Origin: Thermodesulfobacteriota bacterium
GTDB taxonomy: Bacteria > Desulfobacterota > WTBG01 > JAGOGO01
Assembly (NCBI GenBank): GCA_026625185.1
Contig: CP113000.1
Coordinates: forward strand, 3,162,651-3,194,650
DNA: 32,000 nucleotides
Reading direction: 5' to 3'
Each line of letters opens with the position of its first letter. Position 1 is the first letter of the stretch. The position numbers were made by a program, and so were the translations under genes. Below are positions 17,637 to 25,778 of this stretch, piece after piece. The notes beneath the pieces were generated by a model. That model searched no databases, had not been told where the DNA came from, and saw only the letters and a program-made list of their open reading frames with translations.

Positions 17637-17695
17637 CCCCGTTAGAAGGATTTCACAGGGGGCTTTTCCCCCGTGTGAAAAAGTGTAAGAATCTT
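17637..17695 (+). repeat. Structured intergenic repeat, copy 2 (left half only, ~59 bp)
   Basis: 52 of 60 positions are identical to 12071-12130 by hand alignment. It starts immediately after TAAA, which contains the stop codon of the 541-aa ORF. It contains the GTG used as the hemC start in the ORF track. Confidence 0.7.
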
Positions 17696-18631
17696 TTGGC
17701 AAAAGACACGCTCTTTATCGGAACACGAGGAAGCGCCCTCGCCCTCTGGCAAGCCGAGTGGGTTAAAACTCAGCTCAAGAAAAGATATCCCCAGTTTGAT
17801 TTCCCACTGGTAAAAATTAAAACCGCGGGTGATAAAATACATGACGTGCCCTTGGCTCGCATGGGAGGCAAAGGACTTTTTGTAAAAGAGATTGAAGAAG
17901 CTCTGATCAAAAACAACATCGATCTTGCGGTCCATAGTCTGAAGGATGTCCCCACTTTACTTCCCCCACAATTAATGCTCAGTGTAATCCCAAAACGGGA
18001 AAATCCTTTAGATGCATTAATTTCCCGGGAGGGAAGACGATTAGAAGAATTACCGGTGCAGGCTCGATTGGGAACGTCCAGCTTGCGTCGGCAAGCTCAA
18101 CTTCTTAATCTGAGACCTGATTTTAAAATCGAAACCCTCCGGGGTAACCTCGATACCCGAATAAAAAAATTGGAAACCGAAAAACTTGATGGTATTATTA
18201 TAGCAGCTGCCGGAGTTATCCGGATGGGGTGGGAAGGGAAAATTACCCAATATCTGGATTCGGAAAAATTTCTTCCGGCCATTGGCCAGGGAGCGCTCGG
18301 TATCGAAACTCGTCGAGATGACCTGACAACTAACAAAATGGTTGCTTTTCTCCACCACCCTGATACAGCTCTTTGCGTATGCGCGGAGCGGTCATTTCTG
18401 AAAAAGTTGGAAGGCGGATGTCAGGTGCCGATTGCTGCCTTTGGGAAAATAGCAAACGGCAAATTATTCCTCGAGGGACTGATCAGCTCTTTAGATGGCA
18501 AAAAAATTATCCGGGATACGATCAAGGGTAATCCCGAAGAAGCAGAAAAAGCAGGTCTTCTTTTAGCGGAAAAGCTTTTAGATGCCGGGGGAAAAGCCAT
18601 CCTCAAGGAGATTTATCGCGCTTCCGAATAA
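17675..18631 (+). CDS. hemC: Hydroxymethylbilane synthase (porphobilinogen deaminase)
   Basis: IGTRGSALALWQA, GGKGLFVKEIEEAL, AVHSLKDVP and the cofactor Cys in LEGGCQVPIAA. The start is uncertain. GTG 17675 lies inside repeat copy 2, and TTG 17696 (giving MAKDTLFIGTRGS) is an alternative. Confidence 0.92.
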   Translation: MKKCKNLLAKDTLFIGTRGSALALWQAEWVKTQLKKRYPQFDFPLVKIKTAGDKIHDVPLARMGGKGLFVKEIEEALIKNNIDLAVHSLKDVPTLLPPQLMLSVIPKRENPLDALISREGRRLEELPVQARLGTSSLRRQAQLLNLRPDFKIETLRGNLDTRIKKLETEKLDGIIIAAAGVIRMGWEGKITQYLDSEKFLPAIGQGALGIETRRDDLTTNKMVAFLHHPDTALCVCAERSFLKKLEGGCQVPIAAFGKIANGKLFLEGLISSLDGKKIIRDTIKGNPEEAEKAGLLLAEKLLDAGGKAILKEIYRASE

Positions 18632-18674
18632 AGGCTTAGACTTTGTCATGTCCTCTGGTGAAAGGATAGAAGGA

Positions 18675-19046
18675 ATGTACGAACTCATGGTCCATACTAA
18701 TTTTTCCTCTGCGCATAGTTTGCGCGGTTATCAGGGAAAATGTGAAGCACTCCATGGTCATAACTGGAAAGTGGGAGTCCAGATAGCCACGAATACTTTG
18801 GATGACCTCGGTATGGTCATTGATTTTAAGGTCTTAAAACAGAACCTGCATCATATTATTCAAAGGCTTGACCATAAGCACCTTAACGATATTCCTCCGT
18901 TTGACACCATCAATCCTTCGTCCGAAAACATCGCTTTTTATATTTTTCAGGAATTAAAAAAGTTACTCACTCATGAAAGGATTATCATCGCCAGGGTTAC
19001 AATTTGGGAATCAGATGATTCCTGCGCCAGCTACTCAGAGAAATAA
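18675..19046 (+). CDS. queD: 6-carboxy-5,6,7,8-tetrahydropterin synthase (QueD / PTPS family)
   Basis: MYELMVHTNFSSAHSLRGYQGKCEALHGHNWKV...DHKHLND is the QueD/PTPS signature. I prefer ATG 18675 (SD gaagga). The ORF-track start at 18582 overlaps hemC. ATG 18648 is also possible. Confidence 0.9.
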   Translation: MYELMVHTNFSSAHSLRGYQGKCEALHGHNWKVGVQIATNTLDDLGMVIDFKVLKQNLHHIIQRLDHKHLNDIPPFDTINPSSENIAFYIFQELKKLLTHERIIIARVTIWESDDSCASYSEK

Positions 19047-19055
19047 GGAAAAATT

Positions 19056-19856
19056 ATGTTCCCCGAAGACGTACAGAACCGTCCTGATCACCGCCGAATT
19101 GAAATTCAAAAGGTGGGGGTTAAAAACATTAAATACCCGATCATTGTTAAGGACAAAAAAAATAAAACCCAGCATACCATTGCTACGTTCAATATGTACG
19201 TGAACCTTCCCCACCATTTTAAGGGAACGCATATGAGCCGTTTCATCGAGCTTCTCAATGAATACCGCCAAGGTATTGATATGAAAAATCTCCCCCGAAT
19301 CCTGGCAAAAATAAAAAAGAAGCTCGATGCGGAATCGGCTCATGTGGAAATCGAGTTCCCTTATTTTATCGAAAAAGCCGCGCCCGTATCAAAAGCTAAA
19401 AGTCTCTTGGGATATACCTGTCGCTTTATGGGTTCGGTAGATAACAATGCGCGCAATAAACTAATCGTCGGAATTGAGGTGCCGGTCACCACTCTCTGTC
19501 CCTGCTCAAAAGAGATAAGTAAAAAAGGAGCGCACAACCAAAGAAGCAAAGTCTCCGTTCACCTCTGCTTTAAAAAGTTTTTTTGGATTGAAGATATTAT
19601 TCACCTCGTTGAAGATTCAGTAAGTTCCCCGGTGTATTCCCTCTTAAAACGGCGGGATGAACAGTTTGTCACCGAACAAGCCTACGAGAACCCCATGTTT
19701 GTGGAGGATGTGGTGCGTACCATCGCCGAGAAACTCTCCACCAACGCCAACTTTACCTGGTTCAGTGTGGAGTCGGAAAACATGGAGAGCATTCATAATC
19801 ACAATGCTTACGCGATGGTGGAAAAAAACGGAGTTAAAAAATTAAACAATGGGTAA
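19056..19856 (+). CDS. folE2: GTP cyclohydrolase FolE2/MptA (type IB)
   Basis: 266 aa. KGTHMSRF and TLCPCSKEISKKGAHNQRS motifs are typical of GCYH-IB. It is adjacent to queD. Confidence 0.9.
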   Translation: MFPEDVQNRPDHRRIEIQKVGVKNIKYPIIVKDKKNKTQHTIATFNMYVNLPHHFKGTHMSRFIELLNEYRQGIDMKNLPRILAKIKKKLDAESAHVEIEFPYFIEKAAPVSKAKSLLGYTCRFMGSVDNNARNKLIVGIEVPVTTLCPCSKEISKKGAHNQRSKVSVHLCFKKFFWIEDIIHLVEDSVSSPVYSLLKRRDEQFVTEQAYENPMFVEDVVRTIAEKLSTNANFTWFSVESENMESIHNHNAYAMVEKNGVKKLNNG

Positions 19857-20846
19857 GCGGGAATACGCGTTGAGATTAAGCGGAGCGCGAACTCCCCGTT
19901 CAAGATAATACGTTCCCGCAGCCGCGATCATGGCCGCGTTGTCGGTACAGAGATGAGGCGAAGGAATAAAAACGGCCGCGCCTCTTTTTTTCGCCTCCTC
20001 GTGTAATCTCTCTCTCAACCTTTGGTTGGAGGCTACCCCTCCGCACACCACAATTTTATTTAATCCCTTTTGTTCAGCCGCCAAAAAAGCTTTTCCCACC
20101 AATACATCTACCACTGCTTCTTGAAAAGAAGCGGCAATATCATTAATTTCCTGAGCCGTGGGCTCGTGGTTCATTTTTTTTATAAAAGTAATCACCGCGG
20201 TCTTTAAACCTGAAAAGCTGAAATCCAAGGAACCGCTTGTGATCCAGGGGCGGGGAAAAGCGAAAGCTTTCCTATTGGCATTCCGGGAAAGCCGATCAAT
20301 GATAATTCCTCCGGGATACCCTAATTTGAGAAATTTTGCCACCTTGTCGAAAGCTTCTCCTGCGGCATCGTCACGGGTTTGTCCTAATAAAACGTTTTCA
20401 CCCTGACCGCGCACTTCATAGATACTGGTATGCCCTCCGGAAACAACTAAGGCGATAAAAGGGCACCTGAGGTCATCGTTTTCTAAAAAAGCACCCGCAA
20501 TATGCCCCTCCACATGGTTCACTCCGACCAGCGGCAGTCCCAAAACATACGCCATCGCTTTGGCTACCGAGAGCCCCACCAAGAGCGACCCCACCAGCCC
20601 CGGGCCTTGAGTTACCGCGATCCCATCCAAATCAGCGAGTGATGTTTTTGCCTGCTCAAGCGCCGCGCTGATAACCGGCGTGATATTTTCAATATGATGG
20701 CGGGAAGCAAGCTCCGGGACGACACCGCCATAGTTTTTATGGACCTCATCCTGCGAAGCGACCACATCGGAAAGAATGGTTCTCCCATCCTTAACCACCG
20801 CAGCCGCTGTTTCATCACATGATGATTCGATACCTAAAACAAGCAT
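19842..20846 (-). CDS. tsaD: tRNA N6-adenosine threonylcarbamoyltransferase TsaD
   Basis: 334 aa. LGIESSCDETAAAV, GVNHVEGH and SGGHT are Kae1/TsaD signatures. Its 3' end overlaps folE2 convergently by 15 nt. Confidence 0.95.
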   Translation of the reverse strand: MLVLGIESSCDETAAAVVKDGRTILSDVVASQDEVHKNYGGVVPELASRHHIENITPVISAALEQAKTSLADLDGIAVTQGPGLVGSLLVGLSVAKAMAYVLGLPLVGVNHVEGHIAGAFLENDDLRCPFIALVVSGGHTSIYEVRGQGENVLLGQTRDDAAGEAFDKVAKFLKLGYPGGIIIDRLSRNANRKAFAFPRPWITSGSLDFSFSGLKTAVITFIKKMNHEPTAQEINDIAASFQEAVVDVLVGKAFLAAEQKGLNKIVVCGGVASNQRLRERLHEEAKKRGAAVFIPSPHLCTDNAAMIAAAGTYYLERGVRAPLNLNAYSRLPIV

Positions 20847-21041
20847 AGTTTTTTGGCCAAATGAAGAGAGTGGTTAAAATTTTTTCATTCCCGTTTTCAG
20901 GGAATTTCTTATATTCTATACTTCGCTGGTGAGCGCACAACCTAAAAGCGGAATAATATTTTTTTCTAAACATCGCGCATTAACCTTGCCGGTGAAGCGC
21001 AGCGGAACCGGTGTAGTGTTCAATGCACTTGTGCGCCCTGG

Positions 21042-21902
21042 TCATTCTTCGTCTGATGCGAGAGTCTGAATAACACTCTTGAGTTCCACAACTTCCAGCT
21101 TGGTCGGACAGTCCTGCCAGTTATGACGCCAACAGACAATAATGTCGCAGCCATCAGGTGAGTAGCCGTGATCGCGGAAGTTGCGACTCTCGTATTCAAA
21201 TTCAATTCGGACCCGTTGCCATTTTCCGGGCTCAACCTGTCGTTTGGCTTCACAGTCCGGATAGCCAGCTTGGAGAACTTCAACCAGGTACCCTAACTCG
21301 CGTGCGACCATGCCGAAGAGAAACACAACCCCTTCTTCGTTCACTGGTTCGTGACGCAGTCCTCGGAAATCGATTGGATTTCCATAGGTGGAACGATTCT
21401 CCAGTTTTGGATACCGCTGTGTGGAAGGAACAGTAACAGATGGGGAAGTAGATTGCGATGGAGTTGAGACAACGAAGGGCGCACGCGCCACTTCTATGGG
21501 AATGAGGGCGACAACATCAGCCCATTCTGATTTTGACTCAGCAAAGGAACGAAAATGCCCAGGGATGCTCGACCAAGGGCCGAATTTCTTCTCAAAAACC
21601 CCCGGACTATAAGTCCCCTCGCGCCGATACTGATCGCGCGTTGGTATGCGGCGGACACGTCGCACAAATTGTCCCCAGTCTTCGAGAAGTACTCCGGGGT
21701 CAAGAGGCATGTTGGTCGAGTGCGGTTCAAGTCCGGCGGCACGAACCGCTTCTCTCCAACTAGGGAAGTGCTTTAGAACTTGATATTCGCTCATGCCGGA
21801 CGAGCTCTTGAATTCGGCGCGCGATGGGGGGCGACCAAGGGTCTTGGCCGCTTCACGGATCGCATTCAGCACTTCGTCTTTATCTGGCAGTCCAGTTGTC
21901 AT
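21042..21902 (-). CDS. Two homing-endonuclease-associated repeats fused to an uncharacterised nuclease-like C-terminal domain; compositionally foreign
   Basis: 286 aa. Repeat 1 is LGRPPSRAEFKSSSGMSEYQVLKHFPSWREAVRAAGL. Repeat 2 is RRIPTRDQYRREGTYSPGVFEKKFGPWSSIPGHF. The C-terminus reads EEGVVFLFGMVARELGYLVEVLQAGYPDCEAKR...RIEFEYESRNF...CDIIVCWRHNW. Codon usage is GC-rich, unlike the neighbours. Confidence 0.75.
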   Translation of the reverse strand: MTTGLPDKDEVLNAIREAAKTLGRPPSRAEFKSSSGMSEYQVLKHFPSWREAVRAAGLEPHSTNMPLDPGVLLEDWGQFVRRVRRIPTRDQYRREGTYSPGVFEKKFGPWSSIPGHFRSFAESKSEWADVVALIPIEVARAPFVVSTPSQSTSPSVTVPSTQRYPKLENRSTYGNPIDFRGLRHEPVNEEGVVFLFGMVARELGYLVEVLQAGYPDCEAKRQVEPGKWQRVRIEFEYESRNFRDHGYSPDGCDIIVCWRHNWQDCPTKLEVVELKSVIQTLASDEE

Positions 21903-22286
21903 CTTTCATCTTTCGGGCGAATAATGTTTATATTGATCCGTATAATATCTCAATTGCATTACCCAATCCCTATAAAAAAACCTAAAAACCACTTTAAAAA
22001 TGCACAGTAAAATTTTGTTTTTACAATTTTTTCCTATTTTATCAAAAGGGTTTAAGCTTGGCAAATAAAGAATTTAATAAAATTTTTCCTTATAGCATGT
22101 TCCTTCAATTCCTCGACCATTGCCCCTCGCTCCTTTCTCTTTACTTTTTACTTTTTACGCTTTACACCTCACGCCTTGCGTATCATTTTTAAAAGTGAAC
22201 CGCATGACCGAGAAAAAAGAAAAATATCAAAGCTATTATATGAAGAAGCCACCAGTTCAAGGTAAATAATTTAAATTTAGACATTG

Positions 22287-22784
22287 CTACCTCCATAATA
22301 TGTTGCCGAGAGAATATACGGTACTTACTGTCACCAGGTGGACAAGCCACCACCCCATGTTCGGATAACGGTAAGTTTTGCCCAGCCTGGCCCTATCCGG
22401 GTCATAGCCAAAGGTTTCCAAATCAAAAAGAGATTTTCCGATAAAGAATTTACTCCCTACAATCACTATATCCGGGAAAGTTGTATTAAAAATGATCGTC
22501 TTAAGCGTGGCAGGAGAAGGCCAGTGAACAATCGCGAAGTGGGACATGGTAACAGTGGCGATAATAGACAAAAATCCGTTTAAAACATACCCATAAGAGA
22601 TTGTCTTCCTGAAGGGAAAAAGCAAGGGCACCGCCATAATGCTGAGGATGCATGAGATAACAGGAACGATGTTCGAGGAATTTTGGGCGAACGGGTGGAT
22701 ACGCAAATGAAGCAAAAATCCTCCCACCGAAAGAGTGATAAGCGCGACCAGCAACGTTATTTTAACATAAGCGCTGTTCGTCAT
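22287..22784 (-). CDS. Hypothetical integral membrane protein (~4-5 TM)
   Basis: 165 aa with several hydrophobic segments (e.g. ITLLVALITLSVGGFLL, IVPVISCILSIMAVPLLF, GFLSIIATVTMSHFAIV, WWLVHLVTVSTVYSL). It lies 70 nt downstream of nspC on the same strand. Confidence 0.65.
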   Translation of the reverse strand: MTNSAYVKITLLVALITLSVGGFLLHLRIHPFAQNSSNIVPVISCILSIMAVPLLFPFRKTISYGYVLNGFLSIIATVTMSHFAIVHWPSPATLKTIIFNTTFPDIVIVGSKFFIGKSLFDLETFGYDPDRARLGKTYRYPNMGWWLVHLVTVSTVYSLGNILWR

Positions 22785-22854
22785 ATTTTCTCCTTTCTTT
22801 TGCTGACCTATGCGTTTTTAAAGAACGGATCGTTAATCCGCCGGGTTCCGCATT

Positions 22855-24039
22855 TTAGGAGAGCCTGTTTTTATAATCCTCATACCCGAAACGGCGCAGT
22901 ACACGCACAGAATTGTTCTCCGGATTATACAAAACCAGGGAGGGTAGCCGGATGCCATTGAAGGTGGTATTTTTAACAAAGGAATAAAGCGCCATGTCGA
23001 GAAAAACGAGCCGATCACCTCGTTGCAGTGGTTCCTCAAAAGAGTAATCCCCGATCACATCTCCCGCCAAACAGGTGATACCCCCAAGGCGGTAGGTATG
23101 GGAAAGCTCATCCGGATTACCCGCGCCAATGATGTTTGGTCGGTAAGGCATAGCAAGCACATCCGGCATGTGAGCCTCGGCTGAGGTGTCAAGTAGGGCA
23201 ATTGTTATATCATTTTCTACGATATCCAAAACAGTCGCCACCAGCACGCCGGCATTAAGTACCACTGCCTCTCCAGGCTCCAGATATATCTCAATGTTGT
23301 TGTATCGTTTTTTAAAGTCGGTAATGGTAGTACAAAGGATATCAAGGTCATAGTCACTGCGGGTAACGTGATGCCCGCCACCAAAGTTCACCCATTTCAT
23401 CTGCGGGATGTAGGCACCGAAATGTTTTTCAAAGGAGGCGAGCACTCGGACAAGCACGTCAGAGTTCTGCTCACACAACGCGTGGAAATGCAGACCGTCA
23501 ATACCGGCCAAATCCTCGCCCGCAAGACTTTCAGGTTTGATTCCCAAACGGGATCCGGGTAGACAGGGATCATAGAGCGGTACCGCCACTTCCGAGTAGC
23601 CCTGATTCACCCGCAAACCGATTTCAATTTCGCGGCCCGAATCCTTAATCCGTTGCCGGTATTTTTTCCACTGATAGAGGGAGTTAAAAATAATGTGATC
23701 AGAATATGCAATCACCTCATCAATATCGTTGTCCGAGTAAGCCGGAGCGCTGGTGTGCACCTCCCGCCCGAATTCTTCACGGCCAAGACGAGCCTCGATC
23801 GGGCCACTTGCGCAAACCCCATGAAGGTAGGTTCGAATAAGGGGAAAGGCGCTCCACATGGCAAACGCCTTGAGGGCGAGCAGGATTTTCGCGCCGGTGC
23901 GAACCTGAACCGAATCAAGAATCTCGCAATTTTCCCTGATAAGCCCTTCGTTGAAAAGATAGCAGGGAGTTTCAACCTGGGCGGTAATGTTTTTCGGAAA
24001 ATTCCGCAAAACCTCACGCTGAAAGTTCTCGGTGGTCAT
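22855..24039 (-). CDS. nspC: Carboxynorspermidine/carboxyspermidine decarboxylase
   Basis: ETPCYLFNEGLIRENCEIL, ALKAF (PLP Lys), GLHFHALCEQ and NFGGGH are NspC/group IV decarboxylase features. Start set at ATG 24039 (MTTENFQ). The ORF-track extension to 24135 overlaps the upstream gene. Confidence 0.9.
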   Translation of the reverse strand: MTTENFQREVLRNFPKNITAQVETPCYLFNEGLIRENCEILDSVQVRTGAKILLALKAFAMWSAFPLIRTYLHGVCASGPIEARLGREEFGREVHTSAPAYSDNDIDEVIAYSDHIIFNSLYQWKKYRQRIKDSGREIEIGLRVNQGYSEVAVPLYDPCLPGSRLGIKPESLAGEDLAGIDGLHFHALCEQNSDVLVRVLASFEKHFGAYIPQMKWVNFGGGHHVTRSDYDLDILCTTITDFKKRYNNIEIYLEPGEAVVLNAGVLVATVLDIVENDITIALLDTSAEAHMPDVLAMPYRPNIIGAGNPDELSHTYRLGGITCLAGDVIGDYSFEEPLQRGDRLVFLDMALYSFVKNTTFNGIRLPSLVLYNPENNSVRVLRRFGYEDYKNRLS

Positions 24040-24058
24040 CAATATAAACCTTTCACCT

Positions 24059-25276
24059 TTACCTCGGCAACCTCCCCATGAACTTCGTTTGTTTCCAGGG
24101 CAGCCCATGAACACCAAGCGCTTCCATGAACGCATCCGGGTTTAACTGCTCAACATTAAACACGCCTTTTCCTCTCCATATCCCTTTGAGCACCATCATG
24201 GCACCGATCATGGCTGGAACACCAGTGGTGTAAGAAACAGCCTGGGACTGTACTTCTTTGTAGCATGCGGCATGGTCGCAAACATTGTAGATATAAACCT
24301 GCTTCCGTTTATTCTTTTTGACACCGTCGAAGACACAGCCGATAACCGTTTTGCCGGTATAATTCGCGCCGAGCGTTCCCGGATCAGGAAGCAACGCTCT
24401 AAGAAATTTGAGGGGGACTATCTCCCCCCCTTGATAATCAACCTTATCTATCCTGGTCATACCCACGTTGTGGAGCACCCGCAAATGGGTAAGGTAGTTT
24501 TCCGAAAAGGTCATCCAAAACCGGATCCGCTCCAGACCCTTAATATGCTTTACCAAAGACTCCAGTTCCTCATGATATAGCAGATAACTCTCACGAGGAC
24601 CAGCCACAGGATAGTTAAAAGTAAAATGCACGCTCGTGGGCTCAAGGACGGCCGGCGTGTTTATCCATGCGCCCTTCTTCCAGTGCCGCACTGTCTGGGT
24701 CACTTCCCGGATATTTATTTCCGGATTGAAGTTGGTGGCAAAGGGATGGCCGTGAGTTCCGGCGTTAGCATCAAGAATGTCAATGGTTTTGATCGCGTCG
24801 TAAAGGTGCTTCTGAGCATAAGCGCAGAATATGTTTGTGACGCCGGGATCGAATCCGCACCCGAGCACCGCCATGATCCCCCTTTTTTTGAAAGCATCTT
24901 GATAAGCCCACTGCCGTCTGTATTCAAAGCGGGCCACATCAGGGGGTTCATAGTTCGCCGTGTCCAAGTAATGCACTCCTGTTTTCAGGCAGGCTTCCAT
25001 AATGGCGAGGTCTTGATAGGGCAACGCCACGTTTACTAGAATGTCCGGCTTGAAGGCCGTGATCACCTTGACCACGTCGTTCACCTTGTCGGCATCAACC
25101 TGAGCTATTTTTATTTTAATCGTATAAGCCTGCCGAACCTCCTGCTGAATTTTTTTGCACTTGTCGAGCGTCCGGCTGGCAAGACAGATATCCGTGAATA
25201 CCTGCGGCACCTGCGCGCATTTTTTGACGACGACGTTGCCCACACCGCCCGCTCCTATGATAAGTATTTTACCCAT
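24059..25276 (-). CDS. Carboxynorspermidine synthase/dehydrogenase (saccharopine dehydrogenase family)
   Basis: 405 aa. Rossmann ILIIGAGGVGNVV. Length and pairing with nspC fit the alternative spermidine/norspermidine pathway. Confidence 0.88.
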   Translation of the reverse strand: MGKILIIGAGGVGNVVVKKCAQVPQVFTDICLASRTLDKCKKIQQEVRQAYTIKIKIAQVDADKVNDVVKVITAFKPDILVNVALPYQDLAIMEACLKTGVHYLDTANYEPPDVARFEYRRQWAYQDAFKKRGIMAVLGCGFDPGVTNIFCAYAQKHLYDAIKTIDILDANAGTHGHPFATNFNPEINIREVTQTVRHWKKGAWINTPAVLEPTSVHFTFNYPVAGPRESYLLYHEELESLVKHIKGLERIRFWMTFSENYLTHLRVLHNVGMTRIDKVDYQGGEIVPLKFLRALLPDPGTLGANYTGKTVIGCVFDGVKKNKRKQVYIYNVCDHAACYKEVQSQAVSYTTGVPAMIGAMMVLKGIWRGKGVFNVEQLNPDAFMEALGVHGLPWKQTKFMGRLPR

Positions 25277-25294
25277 GCAATATCCTTTTAAAAT

Positions 25295-25720
25295 TTATTC
25301 AGAGCCTTCATTTTCTTTGCGCATCTGATGTAACGTTTCTTCCAGGATCGGAAGACGATACTGATCTTTCGGATCTTTTGATCCACGCTTCAGCTCAACA
25401 ATAGTATCAAGACTGAGAACATAAACTTTGTGACCTCGAAACTCAATCGCTACTGTATGCGGCAAAAGTTCCTCGAATCCGCGCCCCTTTTCGATGACTG
25501 ATAAAACATCAAGGGGCCCGAAACGTGTTGTCAAAATCAGGTGTCCTTTCCCTTTCAGATCCCTTTGATCTGGTTTTATCACTTTTTCGTCAGGACGACG
25601 CTGGTAGGCATCGATTGATTTAAGAAATCTCAATAGCTTTTTTGTATTTTTGTCAGTCTGCCGATAAACGATATCAAGATCAAAAGTACTAACCGGAGCA
25701 CCTTGAGCGACCGCAGCCAT
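25295..25720 (-). CDS. Pol-beta-superfamily nucleotidyltransferase-like protein, apparently N-terminally disrupted (possible pseudogene)
   Basis: The 141-aa ORF begins MAAVAQGAPVSTFDLDIVY (a Dh[DE]h acidic pair). The expected upstream hG[GS] motif is encoded by the G9 tract just 5' of the ATG, and the sequence before it (DGIEFIFVGGG) is in another frame. See findings. Confidence 0.6.
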   Translation of the reverse strand: MAAVAQGAPVSTFDLDIVYRQTDKNTKKLLRFLKSIDAYQRRPDEKVIKPDQRDLKGKGHLILTTRFGPLDVLSVIEKGRGFEELLPHTVAIEFRGHKVYVLSLDTIVELKRGSKDPKDQYRLPILEETLHQMRKENEGSE

Positions 25721-25778
25721 CCCCCCCCCACGAAAATAAACTCTATTCCGTCTTAATTGAGGCCTTTAAGCAGAGCGC

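Noticed and set aside
20925-21041. An 8-bp inverted repeat gcgcacaa / ttgtgcgc enclosing ~85 nt just 3' of the foreign gene. I considered it as a structured RNA (retron- or attachment-site-like) or an island boundary
   Set aside because: The inner sequence gives only short 3-5 bp palindromes (ccgg, gcgc). There is no reverse transcriptase, integrase or tRNA nearby. The evidence is insufficient beyond marking the approximate island edge.
22052-22120. A 22-codon minus-strand micro-ORF (MVEELKEHAIRKNFIKFFICQA) with a good SD (aaggag, 9 nt upstream), between the membrane protein gene and the foreign nuclease-like gene. There are also tandem tttttac/ctttac repeats at about 22140-22170
   Set aside because: It is too short to evaluate without conservation data. 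The AT-rich spacer yields such ORFs by chance. The short tandem repeats look like simple A/T-tract DNA.
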